Below are positions 9,084 through 18,927 of a stretch of 39,237 bases of DNA, one piece after another. Positions within the stretch are counted from its first letter, which is position 1. Every line of letters starts with the position of its first letter. Source of the stretch: Armatimonadota bacterium (lineage in GTDB: Bacteria > Sysuimicrobiota > Sysuimicrobiia > Sysuimicrobiales > Kaftiobacteriaceae); the NCBI GenBank assembly GCA_037440005.1, contig JBBIUY010000028.1, positions 1 to 39,237 of the forward strand, given 5' to 3'. The notes beneath the pieces were generated by a model, which was given only the letters and a program-made list of their open reading frames with translations, searched no databases and was not told the origin of the DNA. Position numbers and translations under genes: made by a program.

Positions 9084-10375
9084 CCGTCCCCCTCCGGCGG
9101 CGCGCGTCCGACGGGGCCGGCGCGCCCGCCCGGGAGCGGCCCGGGGCGGGGTGGGCGGCCTCCCGGTGGGCGCGCCTGGCGGCGTTTGGGGCGGTCATGG
9201 GGCCGGGGATCATCACCGGGAACGTGGACAACGACGCCAACGGCATCGCCACCTATTCGGTGGCCGGGGCGTCGTACGGATACCGGCTGCTGTGGACGCT
9301 GTTCGTCTCCACCTTCGCCCTGGCCGTGGTCCAGGAGATGGTGGCCCGGATGGGGGCGGTGACCGGCAAGGGGCTGGCCGACCTGATCCGGGAGCGCTTC
9401 CGGGTCCGGGTCACCGTCCTGGTCATGGCCGTCCTGGTGGTGGCCAACTGGGCCAACACCGTGGGAGACTTCGCGGGCGTGGCCGGCGCCGCCGAGATCT
9501 TCGGGGTCAGCCGGTACGCGGCGGTGCCGCTGGCGGCCGCCGTGGTGTGGGTCCTGGTGGTGCGGGGCACCTACCGCAGGGTGGAACGGGCGTTCCTGGC
9601 GGCCACCCTGGTGTACGTCACCTACGTGGCGTCGGCGGTCCTGGCCCGCCCTCCCTGGGGCGAGGTCCTGCGGGCCACCGTGACCCCGTCGTTTTCGCCC
9701 GATCCGGCCTTCGTCGCCATGGCCATCGGGGTGGTGGGGACCACCATCGCCCCCTGGATGCAGTTCTACCAGCAGGCCGCCGTGGTGGACAAAGGGCTGT
9801 CGGTCCGGGAGTACCCCCAGGTGCGGCTGGACACCTACCTGGGCATGGTCACCACCAACCTGGTGGCGTTCTTCATCGTGGTGGCCTGCGGCGCGACCCT
9901 GTACGCCCACGGGGTGTCCGTAGCCACGGCCGCGGACGCCGCCCGGGCCCTCGGGCCGCTGGCGGGCCGGTACGCCTCGGCGCTCTTTGCCGCCGGATTG
10001 CTCAACGCCGCCGTCTTCTCGGTGGCCATCATCCCCCTGACCACGGCGTACGCCGTCTGCGAGGCCTTCGGGTGGGAGGCCGGTCTGGACCGGTCCGTGG
10101 ACGAGGCGCCGGTGTTCTACGGCCTGTTCACCGCGGTCCTGGCCGCCTCCGCCCTGGTCATCCTGATCCCGGGCCTCCCGCTCATCCCCGTCATGGTCCT
10201 CTCCCAGGTCCTCAACGGCATCCTGCTGCCCGCCGTCCTGGTGGTGATCCTCCTGCTGGTGAACGACCGGGCGGTGATGGGCGCCCACGTCAACTCTCCG
10301 CTGGCCAACGCCGTGGCGGTCCTCACCGTGGCCGGCATGGTGATCCTCAGCCTGCTGCTGGTGGTGGCGATCTGA
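9080..10375 (+). CDS. Nramp-family divalent metal transporter, NRMT (Mg2+) type
   Basis: GTGA overlap with the upstream gene. TM1 GPGIITGNVDNDANGIATYS, QEMVARMGAVTGKG and TM6 GTTIAPW; about 11 hydrophobic segments. Confidence 0.88.
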   Translation: MTVPLRRRASDGAGAPARERPGAGWAASRWARLAAFGAVMGPGIITGNVDNDANGIATYSVAGASYGYRLLWTLFVSTFALAVVQEMVARMGAVTGKGLADLIRERFRVRVTVLVMAVLVVANWANTVGDFAGVAGAAEIFGVSRYAAVPLAAAVVWVLVVRGTYRRVERAFLAATLVYVTYVASAVLARPPWGEVLRATVTPSFSPDPAFVAMAIGVVGTTIAPWMQFYQQAAVVDKGLSVREYPQVRLDTYLGMVTTNLVAFFIVVACGATLYAHGVSVATAADAARALGPLAGRYASALFAAGLLNAAVFSVAIIPLTTAYAVCEAFGWEAGLDRSVDEAPVFYGLFTAVLAASALVILIPGLPLIPVMVLSQVLNGILLPAVLVVILLLVNDRAVMGAHVNSPLANAVAVLTVAGMVILSLLLVVAI

Positions 10376-10378
10376 CCG

Positions 10379-11191
10379 ATGCCGGTGTACAGGGCCGAAG
10401 CCATCGTGATCCGCCGCGCCCCTCTGGGCGAGACCGACCGGGTGGTGACCCTGTTCTGCCGGGATCAGGGGAAGGTGGCGGCGGTGGCCCGGGGAGCCCG
10501 CCGCCCCGGCAGCCGTCTGGCCGGACGGGTGGAGGTGTTCTCCCACGTGCGGGCCCTGCTGGCAGTCGGCCGCACTCTGGACGTGGTCACACAGGTGGAG
10601 GTGGTGGCGTCCCACTCCCGGGTGCGGGAGGACCTGGACCGGCTGGGGGCGGCCTTCTTCGCCGCGGAGGTGGTGGATCGGGCCACCGCCGACCGCCAGC
10701 CGGCCCCGGAGGTGTTTGACGTCCTGGACCGGGCCCTGCGGGCCATCGAGGAGGGCGATCCGGAACTGGCGGCCCTGTGGGCGGGGGCGCGGGTACTGGC
10801 CTACAGCGGATACGCTCCCCGGCTGGACCGCTGCCAGGTGTGCGGCCGGGCCGCCCCGGGAGGAGCCCTCAGCCACGCCCTGGGCGGGGTGGTGTGCGGG
10901 ACGCACCGGGCGCGCGACCCCGCCGCCGAGGCGCTGTCCGCCCGCGCCGGGCGGGCCCTGGCGCACCTGCTGGACGCCTCCGCGCCGCCGGATCCGCACG
11001 CCGCCTGGGACCGGCGCCTGCGGGACGAGGTGGGGCGGGCGCTGCGCCGGTGCCTGGAATACCGGTTGGAGACGACCCTGCGGGTACCGGCCGTGGCGGC
11101 CACGTTCCGCGCCCTGCCGGGCCGCCGGTCGGAGCCTGCCGGCCCGCCGCAGACGGACAGGTCCATGGGAGGCGGTGCACGGGATGAATGA
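10379..11191 (+). CDS. recO: DNA repair protein RecO
   Basis: AIVIRRAPLGETDRVVTLF..DQGKVAAVARGAR OB fold, zinc finger CQVCG...GGVVC, and the usual position after era. Confidence 0.92.
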   Translation: MPVYRAEAIVIRRAPLGETDRVVTLFCRDQGKVAAVARGARRPGSRLAGRVEVFSHVRALLAVGRTLDVVTQVEVVASHSRVREDLDRLGAAFFAAEVVDRATADRQPAPEVFDVLDRALRAIEEGDPELAALWAGARVLAYSGYAPRLDRCQVCGRAAPGGALSHALGGVVCGTHRARDPAAEALSARAGRALAHLLDASAPPDPHAAWDRRLRDEVGRALRRCLEYRLETTLRVPAVAATFRALPGRRSEPAGPPQTDRSMGGGARDE

Positions 11192-11226
11192 TCGGGCGGG
11201 CATCCGACGGCCGGGCGAGGGCGATG

Positions 11227-11235
11227 TGCTATAGT
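11227..11235 (+). promoter_or_regulatory. Extended -10 element (TGCTATAGT)
   Basis: TGnTATAGT directly upstream of the strong SD GGAGGTGA (11243-11250) and GTG 11257. Confidence 0.55.
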
Positions 11236-11256
11236 GGCGGGTGGAGGTGACGGGCG

Positions 11257-11517
11257 GTGGAGCTGGACCTGGAGCGGGCGAGACGGGCGCTGCTGCAGCT
11301 GGGCACGGCCCTGGAGGAGGCGCGGGGGGTCGTCCGGCCCGGCCCGGACGGGATGGTCCGGGTCAAGACCGAGGACCGGGTGATCGAGCTGCCGGTGTCC
11401 TGGGCGGTGGCCGGGGCGGTGGCGTTTGCGGTCGCCGCCATCCTCAGCAGCGTGCCGATGCCGTCGGTCAGGCGTCGGGACCGGGAACGCAGCGAAGAGC
11501 CCCTGGGGATCGGATAA
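11257..11517 (+). CDS. Small protein, probably DUF4342-like
   Basis: Strong SD and its own promoter. [30 protein letters not shown] resembles the DUF4342 core. It lies between recO and glyQ. Confidence 0.6.
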   Translation: MELDLERARRALLQLGTALEEARGVVRPGPDGMVRVKTEDRVIELPVSWAVAGAVAFAVAAILSSVPMPSVRRRDRERSEEPLGIG

Positions 11518-11579
11518 AGACACGCGGGCGTGAAGACGCCGGCCCCCCGGATCACCCCGCCATCCTGCGAGCGCGTTCG

Positions 11580-12473
11580 ATGACCTTTCAGGATGTGATC
11601 ATGGCCCTGGAGCGGTACTGGGCGGCCCAGGGCTGCCTCATCGAGCAGCCCTACGACCTGGAGGTGGGGGCGGGGACGATGCATCCCGCCACCTTCCTGC
11701 GGTCCCTGGGCCCCGAGCCCTGGCGGGTGGCGTACGTGCAGCCGTCCCGCCGCCCCGCCGACGGACGCTACGGGGAGAATCCCCACCGGCTGTTCAAGCA
11801 CTACCAGTACCAGGTGATCCTCAAGCCCTCCCCCGACGACGTCCAGGACCTGTACCTGCGCAGCCTGGAGGCCCTGGGGATCCGCCTCCGGGAACACGAC
11901 GTCCGGTTCCTGGAGGACGACTGGGAGTCGCCGACCCTGGGCGCGGCGGGGCTGGGGTGGCAGGTGTTCCTGGACGGCAACGAGATCACCCAGTTCACCT
12001 ACTTCCAGCAGATGGGCGGGCTGGAGGTGCGCCCGGTGGCCGCCGAGATCACCTACGGGCTGGAGCGCATCACCATGTACATCCAGAGGCGGTCCACCGT
12101 GTTCGACATCGAGTGGGCGCCCGGGATCACCTACGGAGAGGTGCGCCGGCGGGAGGAGGCGGAGCACTCCGCCTACGCCTTCGACCACGCCACCGTGCCC
12201 GCGCTGCGCGAGGCCTTCGACGCCAGCGAGGCGGAGGCCGGGCGGCTGCTGGACGCGGGATTGGTCCTGCCGGCCTACGACCACGTGCTGAAGTGCTCGC
12301 ACCTGTTCAACCTGCTGGACGCCCGCGGGGCCATCACGGTGGCCGAACGCACAACCTTGATGGCGCGCTGCCGGGCGCTGGCCCGCCGGTGTGCGGAGCG
12401 CTACGTGGCCCAGCGGGAGGAGCAGGGGTACCCCCTGCTGCGGGCGGCGCGGGGTGTCGCCCGGGCCCGCTGA
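11580..12473 (+). CDS. glyQ: Glycine--tRNA ligase alpha subunit
   Basis: [52 protein letters not shown] and [14 protein letters not shown]. Confidence 0.96.
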   Translation: MTFQDVIMALERYWAAQGCLIEQPYDLEVGAGTMHPATFLRSLGPEPWRVAYVQPSRRPADGRYGENPHRLFKHYQYQVILKPSPDDVQDLYLRSLEALGIRLREHDVRFLEDDWESPTLGAAGLGWQVFLDGNEITQFTYFQQMGGLEVRPVAAEITYGLERITMYIQRRSTVFDIEWAPGITYGEVRRREEAEHSAYAFDHATVPALREAFDASEAEAGRLLDAGLVLPAYDHVLKCSHLFNLLDARGAITVAERTTLMARCRALARRCAERYVAQREEQGYPLLRAARGVARAR

Positions 12474-12476
12474 GCC

Positions 12477-14612
12477 ATGCCCGACCTCCTGCTGGAAATC
12501 GGGACCGAAGAGCTGCCCCCCCGGGAGATCGCCCCGGCGCTGGAGCAGCTGGCCGCCGGGGTGACGGAGGCGCTGCGGAAGTTGCGCCTGAGGGCGGGGG
12601 CGGTGCGGACGTGCGGCACCCCGCGGCGCCTGGCGGTCCTAGTCCGTCAGGTGGCGCCCCGCCAGGCTCCGGTCGTGCGGGAGGTGCGGGGGCCGGCGGC
12701 CCATCTGGCCTTCGACGCCCACGGCCGCCCCACCGAGGCGGCCCGGGGCTTTGCGCGCAGCCAGGGAGTCTCTGTGGACCGGCTGCAGGTGAAGGAGGCC
12801 GACGGCCGCCGGTACGTGATCGCCGTCCTGGCCGAACCCGGCCGGCCGGCCGCCGACGTCCTCCCGGCCGCGCTGGAGGAGGTGATCCGGGGGCTGTCCT
12901 TCTCCAAGACCATGCGCTGGGGGGAGGGGGAGACGCGGTTCGCCCGCCCCATCCGGTGGGTGGTGGCCCTGTGGGGACGCAAGGTCCTGCCGCTGACGGT
13001 GGCCGGGGTCCGCGCCGGCGCGGTCACGGTGGGCCACCGGATCCTCGACGGCGGGCGGCGGCACCGGATAGCCACCCCCGCCGACTACCCCCGAACGCTG
13101 CGGGCCGCGGGCGTGGTGGCCGACCCCGCCGAGCGGCGCCGGGTGATCACCGCCCAGGCCAGGGCCCTGGCCCGCGCCGTGGGCGGCTCGCCGGTGCTGG
13201 ACCCGTCGCTGCTGGACGAAGTGGTCATGAGCGTGGAGCACCCGCAGGCCTTCCGAGGGGCGTACAGCGACCGCTTCCTGGACCTCCCGCGGCCGGTGCT
13301 GGTGACGGTGATGCAACACCACCAGAAGTACTTCGCCGTGGAGGCCGAGGGGGGACGGCTGCTGCCGTACTTCATCGCGGTCCGGGACGGCGACCGGCTC
13401 CACCTGGACACCGTGCGCCGCGGCCACGAGTGGGTCCTGCACGCGCGCCTGGCCGACGCCCGGTTCTTCTTCCAGGAAGACCGCCGCCGGCGGCTGGAGG
13501 AGTACGCCCGCGCGCTGGACGGGGTGGTCTTCCACGCGCGGCTGGGGACCATGGCCGACAAGACCCGGAGGATCGTCGCCCTGGCCCGGCGGCTGGCGGC
13601 GCTGATGCTGCTGGACGGCCACACCACCGAGGCCCTGCTGCGGGCGGCCGGCCTGTGCAAGGCCGACCTGGTCACCCGGATGGTGGGGGAGTTTCCGGAA
13701 CTGCAGGGGGTGGTGGGGCAGATCTACGCCGAGCTGGACGGCGAGCCGGCGGAGGTGGCCCGGGCCATCAGGGAGCACTACAGGCCCGCCGGAGCCGCCG
13801 ACAGCCCGCCCCGCACGCGCCTGGGAGCCCTGCTGGGCCTGGTGGACAAGCTGGACACGCTCGTGGGCGGGCTGGCCGCCGGGCTGGCGCCGACGGGGTC
13901 GGCGGACCCCTACGGCCTGCGCCGGGCGGCCCAGGGCGTGGTGGAGATCGTGCTGATGCTGCGGGAGCGTCTTCCCCTGGCCGATCTGGTCCGGGCGGCG
14001 GCCGAGCCCTTCGGGACCCCCGAGGTGGCGGAGCAGGCGCTGGAGTTCCTCCGCCAGCGCCTGCGCACGGCGTTGGTGGACCGGGGGCTGCGCTCCGACC
14101 TGGTGGACGCCGCCGTGGCGGTCAGCGACGCGGACCTGCTGGCCGCCGCCGAGAGGGCGCAGGCCCTGCAGGAGGCGGCGGGCCGGCCCCTGTGGGGGCG
14201 GTTGCTGGTGGCGTGGGAGCGGGCTGCGCGCATCCTGACCCCCGAGGCGGCCGATGCGGTGGACCCCGCCCTGTTCGACTCCTCCGCCGAGGCGGCCCTG
14301 CACGAGGAGGTGGCGCGGCTGGCCCCGCGGGTGCGGGAGGCCGCGGCCGCCGGCGACTACCTGGAGGCGGTGGAAGCTCTGCAGGCCCTGCCGCCGGTGG
14401 TGGACCGCTTCTTTGACGAGGTGCTGGTGATGAGCCCCGATCCCCGGGTCAGGGCCAACCGGCTCGCGCTGCTGCGGTCGGTGGTCGACCTGTACCGGAC
14501 CGTCGCCGACTTCTCCCGGGTCGCGGCGGCGCCGGAAGGAACCCCGGCAGGCCCCGCCGCCCCGGCGCAGCCGGCGCGGGAGCCGGTCCGGGCGGAGGGG
14601 GCACACCCGTGA
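12477..14612 (+). CDS. glyS: Glycine--tRNA ligase beta subunit
   Basis: LLEIGTEELP, TPRRL, KTMRWG, HQKYF, ARLADARFF, EFPELQG, GSADPYGLRR and RANRLALL. Confidence 0.95.
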   Translation: MPDLLLEIGTEELPPREIAPALEQLAAGVTEALRKLRLRAGAVRTCGTPRRLAVLVRQVAPRQAPVVREVRGPAAHLAFDAHGRPTEAARGFARSQGVSVDRLQVKEADGRRYVIAVLAEPGRPAADVLPAALEEVIRGLSFSKTMRWGEGETRFARPIRWVVALWGRKVLPLTVAGVRAGAVTVGHRILDGGRRHRIATPADYPRTLRAAGVVADPAERRRVITAQARALARAVGGSPVLDPSLLDEVVMSVEHPQAFRGAYSDRFLDLPRPVLVTVMQHHQKYFAVEAEGGRLLPYFIAVRDGDRLHLDTVRRGHEWVLHARLADARFFFQEDRRRRLEEYARALDGVVFHARLGTMADKTRRIVALARRLAALMLLDGHTTEALLRAAGLCKADLVTRMVGEFPELQGVVGQIYAELDGEPAEVARAIREHYRPAGAADSPPRTRLGALLGLVDKLDTLVGGLAAGLAPTGSADPYGLRRAAQGVVEIVLMLRERLPLADLVRAAAEPFGTPEVAEQALEFLRQRLRTALVDRGLRSDLVDAAVAVSDADLLAAAERAQALQEAAGRPLWGRLLVAWERAARILTPEAADAVDPALFDSSAEAALHEEVARLAPRVREAAAAGDYLEAVEALQALPPVVDRFFDEVLVMSPDPRVRANRLALLRSVVDLYRTVADFSRVAAAPEGTPAGPAAPAQPAREPVRAEGAHP

Positions 14613-14626
14613 GAGAGAGGTGAGCC

Positions 14627-17380
14627 ATGGCGGACATGCGTCGTCGTTCCGGATCCAGCGCGGCCAGGGCCGCCACCCGCACCCGGGCGGCGGTCCGGCC
14701 GGCGGTGCGGCGCCGGAGGTTCAGCGGACGGTGGACGCTCCTGTTCGAGGAAGGGGACGCCACCATGCGGGACCTGCTGGGCGGCAAGGGGGCCGGTCTG
14801 GCCGAGATGAGTCGCATCGGGCTGCCGGTGCCGCCGGGCTTTACCATCACCACCGAGGCGTGCCTGGAGTACTATCGGCGGAACCGCCAGTTTCCTCCGG
14901 GACTGATGGACGAGGTGCGGGCCAAGATGCGCGTCCTGGAGGACCGCACCGGCAAGAGGTTCGGCGACCCCTCCGCCCCGCTGTTGGTCTCGGTGCGGTC
15001 GGGCGCCAAGTTCAGCATGCCCGGCATGATGGACACCGTCCTGAACCTGGGCCTGACCCCCCGCACCTGCGACGGACTGGCCCGGGCGACGGGGAACCCC
15101 CGGTTCGCCTACGACTCCTACCGGCGGTTCATGCAGATGTTCGGCAACGTGGTCCTGGGCATCAAACACGACCTCTTCGAGCAGGCCCTCCAGGCGCGCA
15201 AGCAGGCCCGGGGCGTGACCCAGGACGTGGACCTGACCGCCGAGGACCTGGCCGCGCTGGTGGACGACTACCGCCGCCTGGTGCGGGAGCAGGCCGGGCG
15301 GGAGTTTCCCGACGACCCCTGGGAGCAGCTGGAGATGGCCATCCGGGCGGTCTTCGAGTCGTGGAACAACCCCCGGGCGGTGACCTACCGGACCGTCCAC
15401 CGGATTCCCCACGACCTGGGGACGGCGGTGAACGTGCAGGTCATGGTGTTCGGCAACCTGGGGCCCACCTCGGGCACCGGCGTGGCGTTCACCCGCAACC
15501 CCGCCACCGGCGAGAAAAAGGTGTACGGCGAATACCTGCTCAACGCCCAGGGCGAAGACGTGGTGGCGGGCCTGCGGACGCCCCAGCCCATCGAGAACCT
15601 GGCCCGGGACATGCCCGAGGTGTACCGGCAGTTTCTGCAGGTGTGCGACCTGCTGGAGAAGCACTACCGGGACGTGCAGGACGTGGAGTTCACCATCGAG
15701 AACGGGCGGCTCTACCTGCTGCAGACCCGCAGCGGCAAGCGGACCGCCCAGGCGGCGGTGAAGATCGCCGTCGACATGGTCCACGAGGGCCTGATCTCCC
15801 GGGAGGAGGCGCTGCTGCGGGTGGACGCCGCCTCCCTGGAACAGCTGCTCCACCCCCGCCTGGACCCCCGGGCGCCCCGGCGGGTCATCGGGCGCGGCCT
15901 GGCGGCCAGCCCCGGGGCGGCCTCCGGCGCCGTGGTCTTCGACGCCGACGAGGCGGTGCGGGTGGCGGCCCAGCGGCCGGTGATCCTGGTGCGGCCCGAG
16001 ACCAGCCCCGACGACATCCACGGTCTGGTGGCGGCCCGGGGTGTGCTGACCAGCCGGGGCGGCATGACCAGCCATGCGGCCATCGTGGCCCGGGGGATGG
16101 GCAAGCCCGCGGTGGTGGGGGCGGAGGGAGTGCGCATCGACGAGCAGGCCCGGCAGTTCACCAGCGGCGACGCGGTGGTCCGGGAGGGGGACGTGATCAC
16201 CATCGACGGCAGCACGGGAGAGGTCATCCTGGGGGAGGTGCCCGTCATCGAGCCCCAGCTGACCGGGGAGATCCAGGAGCTGCTCTCCTGGGCCGACCAG
16301 GTGCGCCGGCTGGGGGTGCGGGCCAACGCCGACTACCCCCGGGACGCCCGCACGGCGGTGGCGTTCGGCGCCGAGGGCATCGGGCTGTGCCGCACCGAGC
16401 ACATGTTCATGGAAGAGAACCGGCTGCCCATCATGCAGCGGATGATCATGGCGGCCACCGAGGCCGAGCGCCGGGCGGCCCTGGACCAGCTGCTGGTCTT
16501 CCAGAAGGAGGACTTCAAGGGCATCTTCCGGGAGATGGGCAACCGGCCGGTGATCATCCGGCTGCTGGACCCGCCGCTGCACGAGTTCCTGCCGCGCCTG
16601 GAAGACCTGCTGGTGGAGGTCACGGAACTGCGGCTGCGGGGGGACGGGGAGAGGCTGCGGGAGAAGGAGGCCCTGCTGCACCGGGTGCGGGCCCTGCACG
16701 AGTTCAACCCGATGCTGGGGTTGCGGGGGTGCCGGCTGGGGATCCTGTATCCGGAGATCAACGAGATGCAGGTGCGGGCCATCCTGCAGGCGGCCATCGA
16801 GCTGCGGCGGGAGGAAGGGGTGGAGGTGGTCCCCGAGATCATGATCCCCCTGGTGGGCCACCCCAACGAGCTGCGGGTGGTCCGCCAGCAGCTGGAGGCC
16901 ATCGCCCGGCAGATGGTGGAAGAGTCCGGGGTGCCGGTGCGCTACATGTTCGGGACCATGATCGAGATCCCGCGGGCGTGCCTGGTCGCCGACCAGATCG
17001 CCGAGATGGCCGAGTTCTTCTCCTTCGGGACCAACGACCTGACCCAGACCGTCTTCGGGTTCAGCCGGGACGACGCCCAGGCCAAGTTCCTGCACGTCTA
17101 CCTGCAGAAGGGCATCCTCTCCGAGGACCCCTTTGCGGTTCTGGACCAGGAGGGCGTGGGGCGGCTGATGGAGATGGCCACCCGGCTGGGCCGCCGCCGG
17201 CGCCCGGACCTGGAGGTGGGCATCTGCGGCGAGCACGGGGGCGAGCCGGCGTCGGTGGAGTTCTGCCACCGGATCGGGCTGGACTACGTCTCCTGCTCCC
17301 CGTACCGGGTGCCGGTGGCGCGCCTGGCGGCCGCCCACGCGGCGCTCCGGGACAAGGTGGCGGTCAGCGCGGACGTGTAG
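14627..17380 (+). CDS. ppdK: Pyruvate, phosphate dikinase
   Basis: LLGGKGAGLAEM, PLLVSVRSGA, phospho-His motif GGMTSHAA, GIGLCRTEHMF, FSFGTNDLTQ and GICGEHGG. SD GAGGTGA upstream. Confidence 0.97.
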   Translation: MADMRRRSGSSAARAATRTRAAVRPAVRRRRFSGRWTLLFEEGDATMRDLLGGKGAGLAEMSRIGLPVPPGFTITTEACLEYYRRNRQFPPGLMDEVRAKMRVLEDRTGKRFGDPSAPLLVSVRSGAKFSMPGMMDTVLNLGLTPRTCDGLARATGNPRFAYDSYRRFMQMFGNVVLGIKHDLFEQALQARKQARGVTQDVDLTAEDLAALVDDYRRLVREQAGREFPDDPWEQLEMAIRAVFESWNNPRAVTYRTVHRIPHDLGTAVNVQVMVFGNLGPTSGTGVAFTRNPATGEKKVYGEYLLNAQGEDVVAGLRTPQPIENLARDMPEVYRQFLQVCDLLEKHYRDVQDVEFTIENGRLYLLQTRSGKRTAQAAVKIAVDMVHEGLISREEALLRVDAASLEQLLHPRLDPRAPRRVIGRGLAASPGAASGAVVFDADEAVRVAAQRPVILVRPETSPDDIHGLVAARGVLTSRGGMTSHAAIVARGMGKPAVVGAEGVRIDEQARQFTSGDAVVREGDVITIDGSTGEVILGEVPVIEPQLTGEIQELLSWADQVRRLGVRANADYPRDARTAVAFGAEGIGLCRTEHMFMEENRLPIMQRMIMAATEAERRAALDQLLVFQKEDFKGIFREMGNRPVIIRLLDPPLHEFLPRLEDLLVEVTELRLRGDGERLREKEALLHRVRALHEFNPMLGLRGCRLGILYPEINEMQVRAILQAAIELRREEGVEVVPEIMIPLVGHPNELRVVRQQLEAIARQMVEESGVPVRYMFGTMIEIPRACLVADQIAEMAEFFSFGTNDLTQTVFGFSRDDAQAKFLHVYLQKGILSEDPFAVLDQEGVGRLMEMATRLGRRRRPDLEVGICGEHGGEPASVEFCHRIGLDYVSCSPYRVPVARLAAAHAALRDKVAVSADV

Positions 17381-17396
17381 GGGCCGCGGCGGCGCC

Positions 17397-18467
17397 ATGA
17401 CCGTCCGGGAAGCGATCGAGGCGCGGGAGAGGGAGTGGCTGGCGCCCGGGGCGGCGCTGGCATCCCGGTCCCGGGGCCGGGAGGTCCCCGAGCCCGAGGA
17501 CGACCTGCGCACCTGCTTTCAGCGGGACCGGGACCGGATCATTCACAGCAAAGCCTTCCGCCGCCTCAAGCACAAGACCCAGGTGTTCCTGGCGCCCGAG
17601 GGGGACCACTACCGCACCCGCCTCACCCACACCCTGGAGGTGATGCAGGTCGCGCGCACCGCCGCCCGGGCGCTGCGCCTGAACGAGGACCTGACCGAGG
17701 CCATCGCCCTGGCCCACGACCTCGGCCACCCGCCCTTCGGCCACGCCGGCGAAGAGGCCCTCAACGAGGCCATGGCGGCCGTGGGCGGCTTCCGGCACGA
17801 CCTCCAGAGCCTGCGGGTGGTGGGGTTGCTGGAGGTGCGCGTCAGGTCCGACGGGTCGGCGGTGCGAGGGCTGAACCTCACCTGGGAGGTGCGGGACGGG
17901 ATCGGCGGCCACTCCAAGGGACTGGCCGACCTGCCCGACGCGGACCCGGAACGCCTCGACCGCCTGCCCCGGACCCTGGAGGGTCAGGTCGTCCGCCTGG
18001 CCGACCGGATCGCCTACGTCCACCACGACACCGACGACGCCATCCGGGCGGGGCTGATCGCCGAGTCGGACGTGCCCGCCGCCGTCCGCCGGGTCCTGGG
18101 CGACCGCCGGGGGCAGTGGCTGGGCCGCATGGTGGCCGACCTGGTGGAAGCCAGCGCCGGCGCGCCGGTCATCCGGCTCAGCGATCCGGTCCGGGAGGCC
18201 CTCAACCTCCTCAAGGACTTCCTGGTGGACCGGGTGTACCGGGGACCGGCCACCATGGCGGAGGTGGTCAAGGCCCGGCGGCTGGTGAGGGCGCTGTACG
18301 GCTACTACCTGGAGCACCCCCAGGAGCTGCCGCCCGAGTACCGGGAGCTGATCGCCTCCGGCGAGACCCCGGGCCGCGTGGTGGGCGACTTCCTGGCGGG
18401 GATGACGGATCGCTACGCCATCCGCCTGGCCGAGACCCTGTTCGTCCCCCGGGGGTGGGCGCCCTGA
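17397..18467 (+). CDS. dgt: Deoxyguanosinetriphosphate triphosphohydrolase-like protein (HD family)
   Basis: [46 protein letters not shown] and [11 protein letters not shown]. Confidence 0.93.
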   Translation: MTVREAIEAREREWLAPGAALASRSRGREVPEPEDDLRTCFQRDRDRIIHSKAFRRLKHKTQVFLAPEGDHYRTRLTHTLEVMQVARTAARALRLNEDLTEAIALAHDLGHPPFGHAGEEALNEAMAAVGGFRHDLQSLRVVGLLEVRVRSDGSAVRGLNLTWEVRDGIGGHSKGLADLPDADPERLDRLPRTLEGQVVRLADRIAYVHHDTDDAIRAGLIAESDVPAAVRRVLGDRRGQWLGRMVADLVEASAGAPVIRLSDPVREALNLLKDFLVDRVYRGPATMAEVVKARRLVRALYGYYLEHPQELPPEYRELIASGETPGRVVGDFLAGMTDRYAIRLAETLFVPRGWAP

Positions 18468-18609
18468 GGCCGCGGACCGGGCAGGGATGGGGTGGCGGGG
18501 GGGAGAACAGGTCAACAGGAGTGCAGTCGGACATGACACCGGGGGGCGAGAGCAGAGGGGTGACGGCCGGGCAGGGCAGGAAGATCCACGGGGAGCAGGA
18601 GGCAGGACG

Positions 18610-18819
18610 ATGCCATACCGGGGACGGGTGAAGTGGTTCAACCCCGAAAAGGGGTACGGGTTCATCGCCCGGGACGACGGGCGGGACGTGTTCGTCCACT
18701 ACTCGGCCATCCAGATGGAGGGCTTCAAGACCCTGGAAGAGGGCCAGCTGGTCGAGTTCGACATCGTGGAGGGCGCCAAGGGGCCGCAGGCGGCCAACGT
18801 GGTCAAGGTGTCGGAGTAA
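18610..18819 (+). CDS. csp: Cold-shock protein (CSD)
   Basis: [15 protein letters not shown] (RNP1) and DVFVHYSAI (RNP2); 69 aa; SD AGGAGG upstream. Confidence 0.96.
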   Translation: MPYRGRVKWFNPEKGYGFIARDDGRDVFVHYSAIQMEGFKTLEEGQLVEFDIVEGAKGPQAANVVKVSE

Positions 18820-18927
18820 GTGCGGCCATGGTCGCCCCGGCCGGGGACAGGGAGGTTCCCCGCCGGGGCGTTTGCGTACCTGAGGACGCAGGCGGCGAGA
18901 CGGCGTGGGGTGGAGGGACGGAGCGCC

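Noticed and set aside
11518..11579. T-box riboswitch upstream of glyQ
   Set aside because: The gap is only 62 nt and has no T-box consensus (GGTGG.ACCGCG) or terminator.
14357..17512. Very long - strand ORFs (1051 aa here; also 19223-22486, 22573-24969, 8936-11203, 12639-14606)
   Set aside because: They are antisense shadows of well-conserved + strand genes. High GC suppresses stop codons, and the translations have no recognisable motifs.
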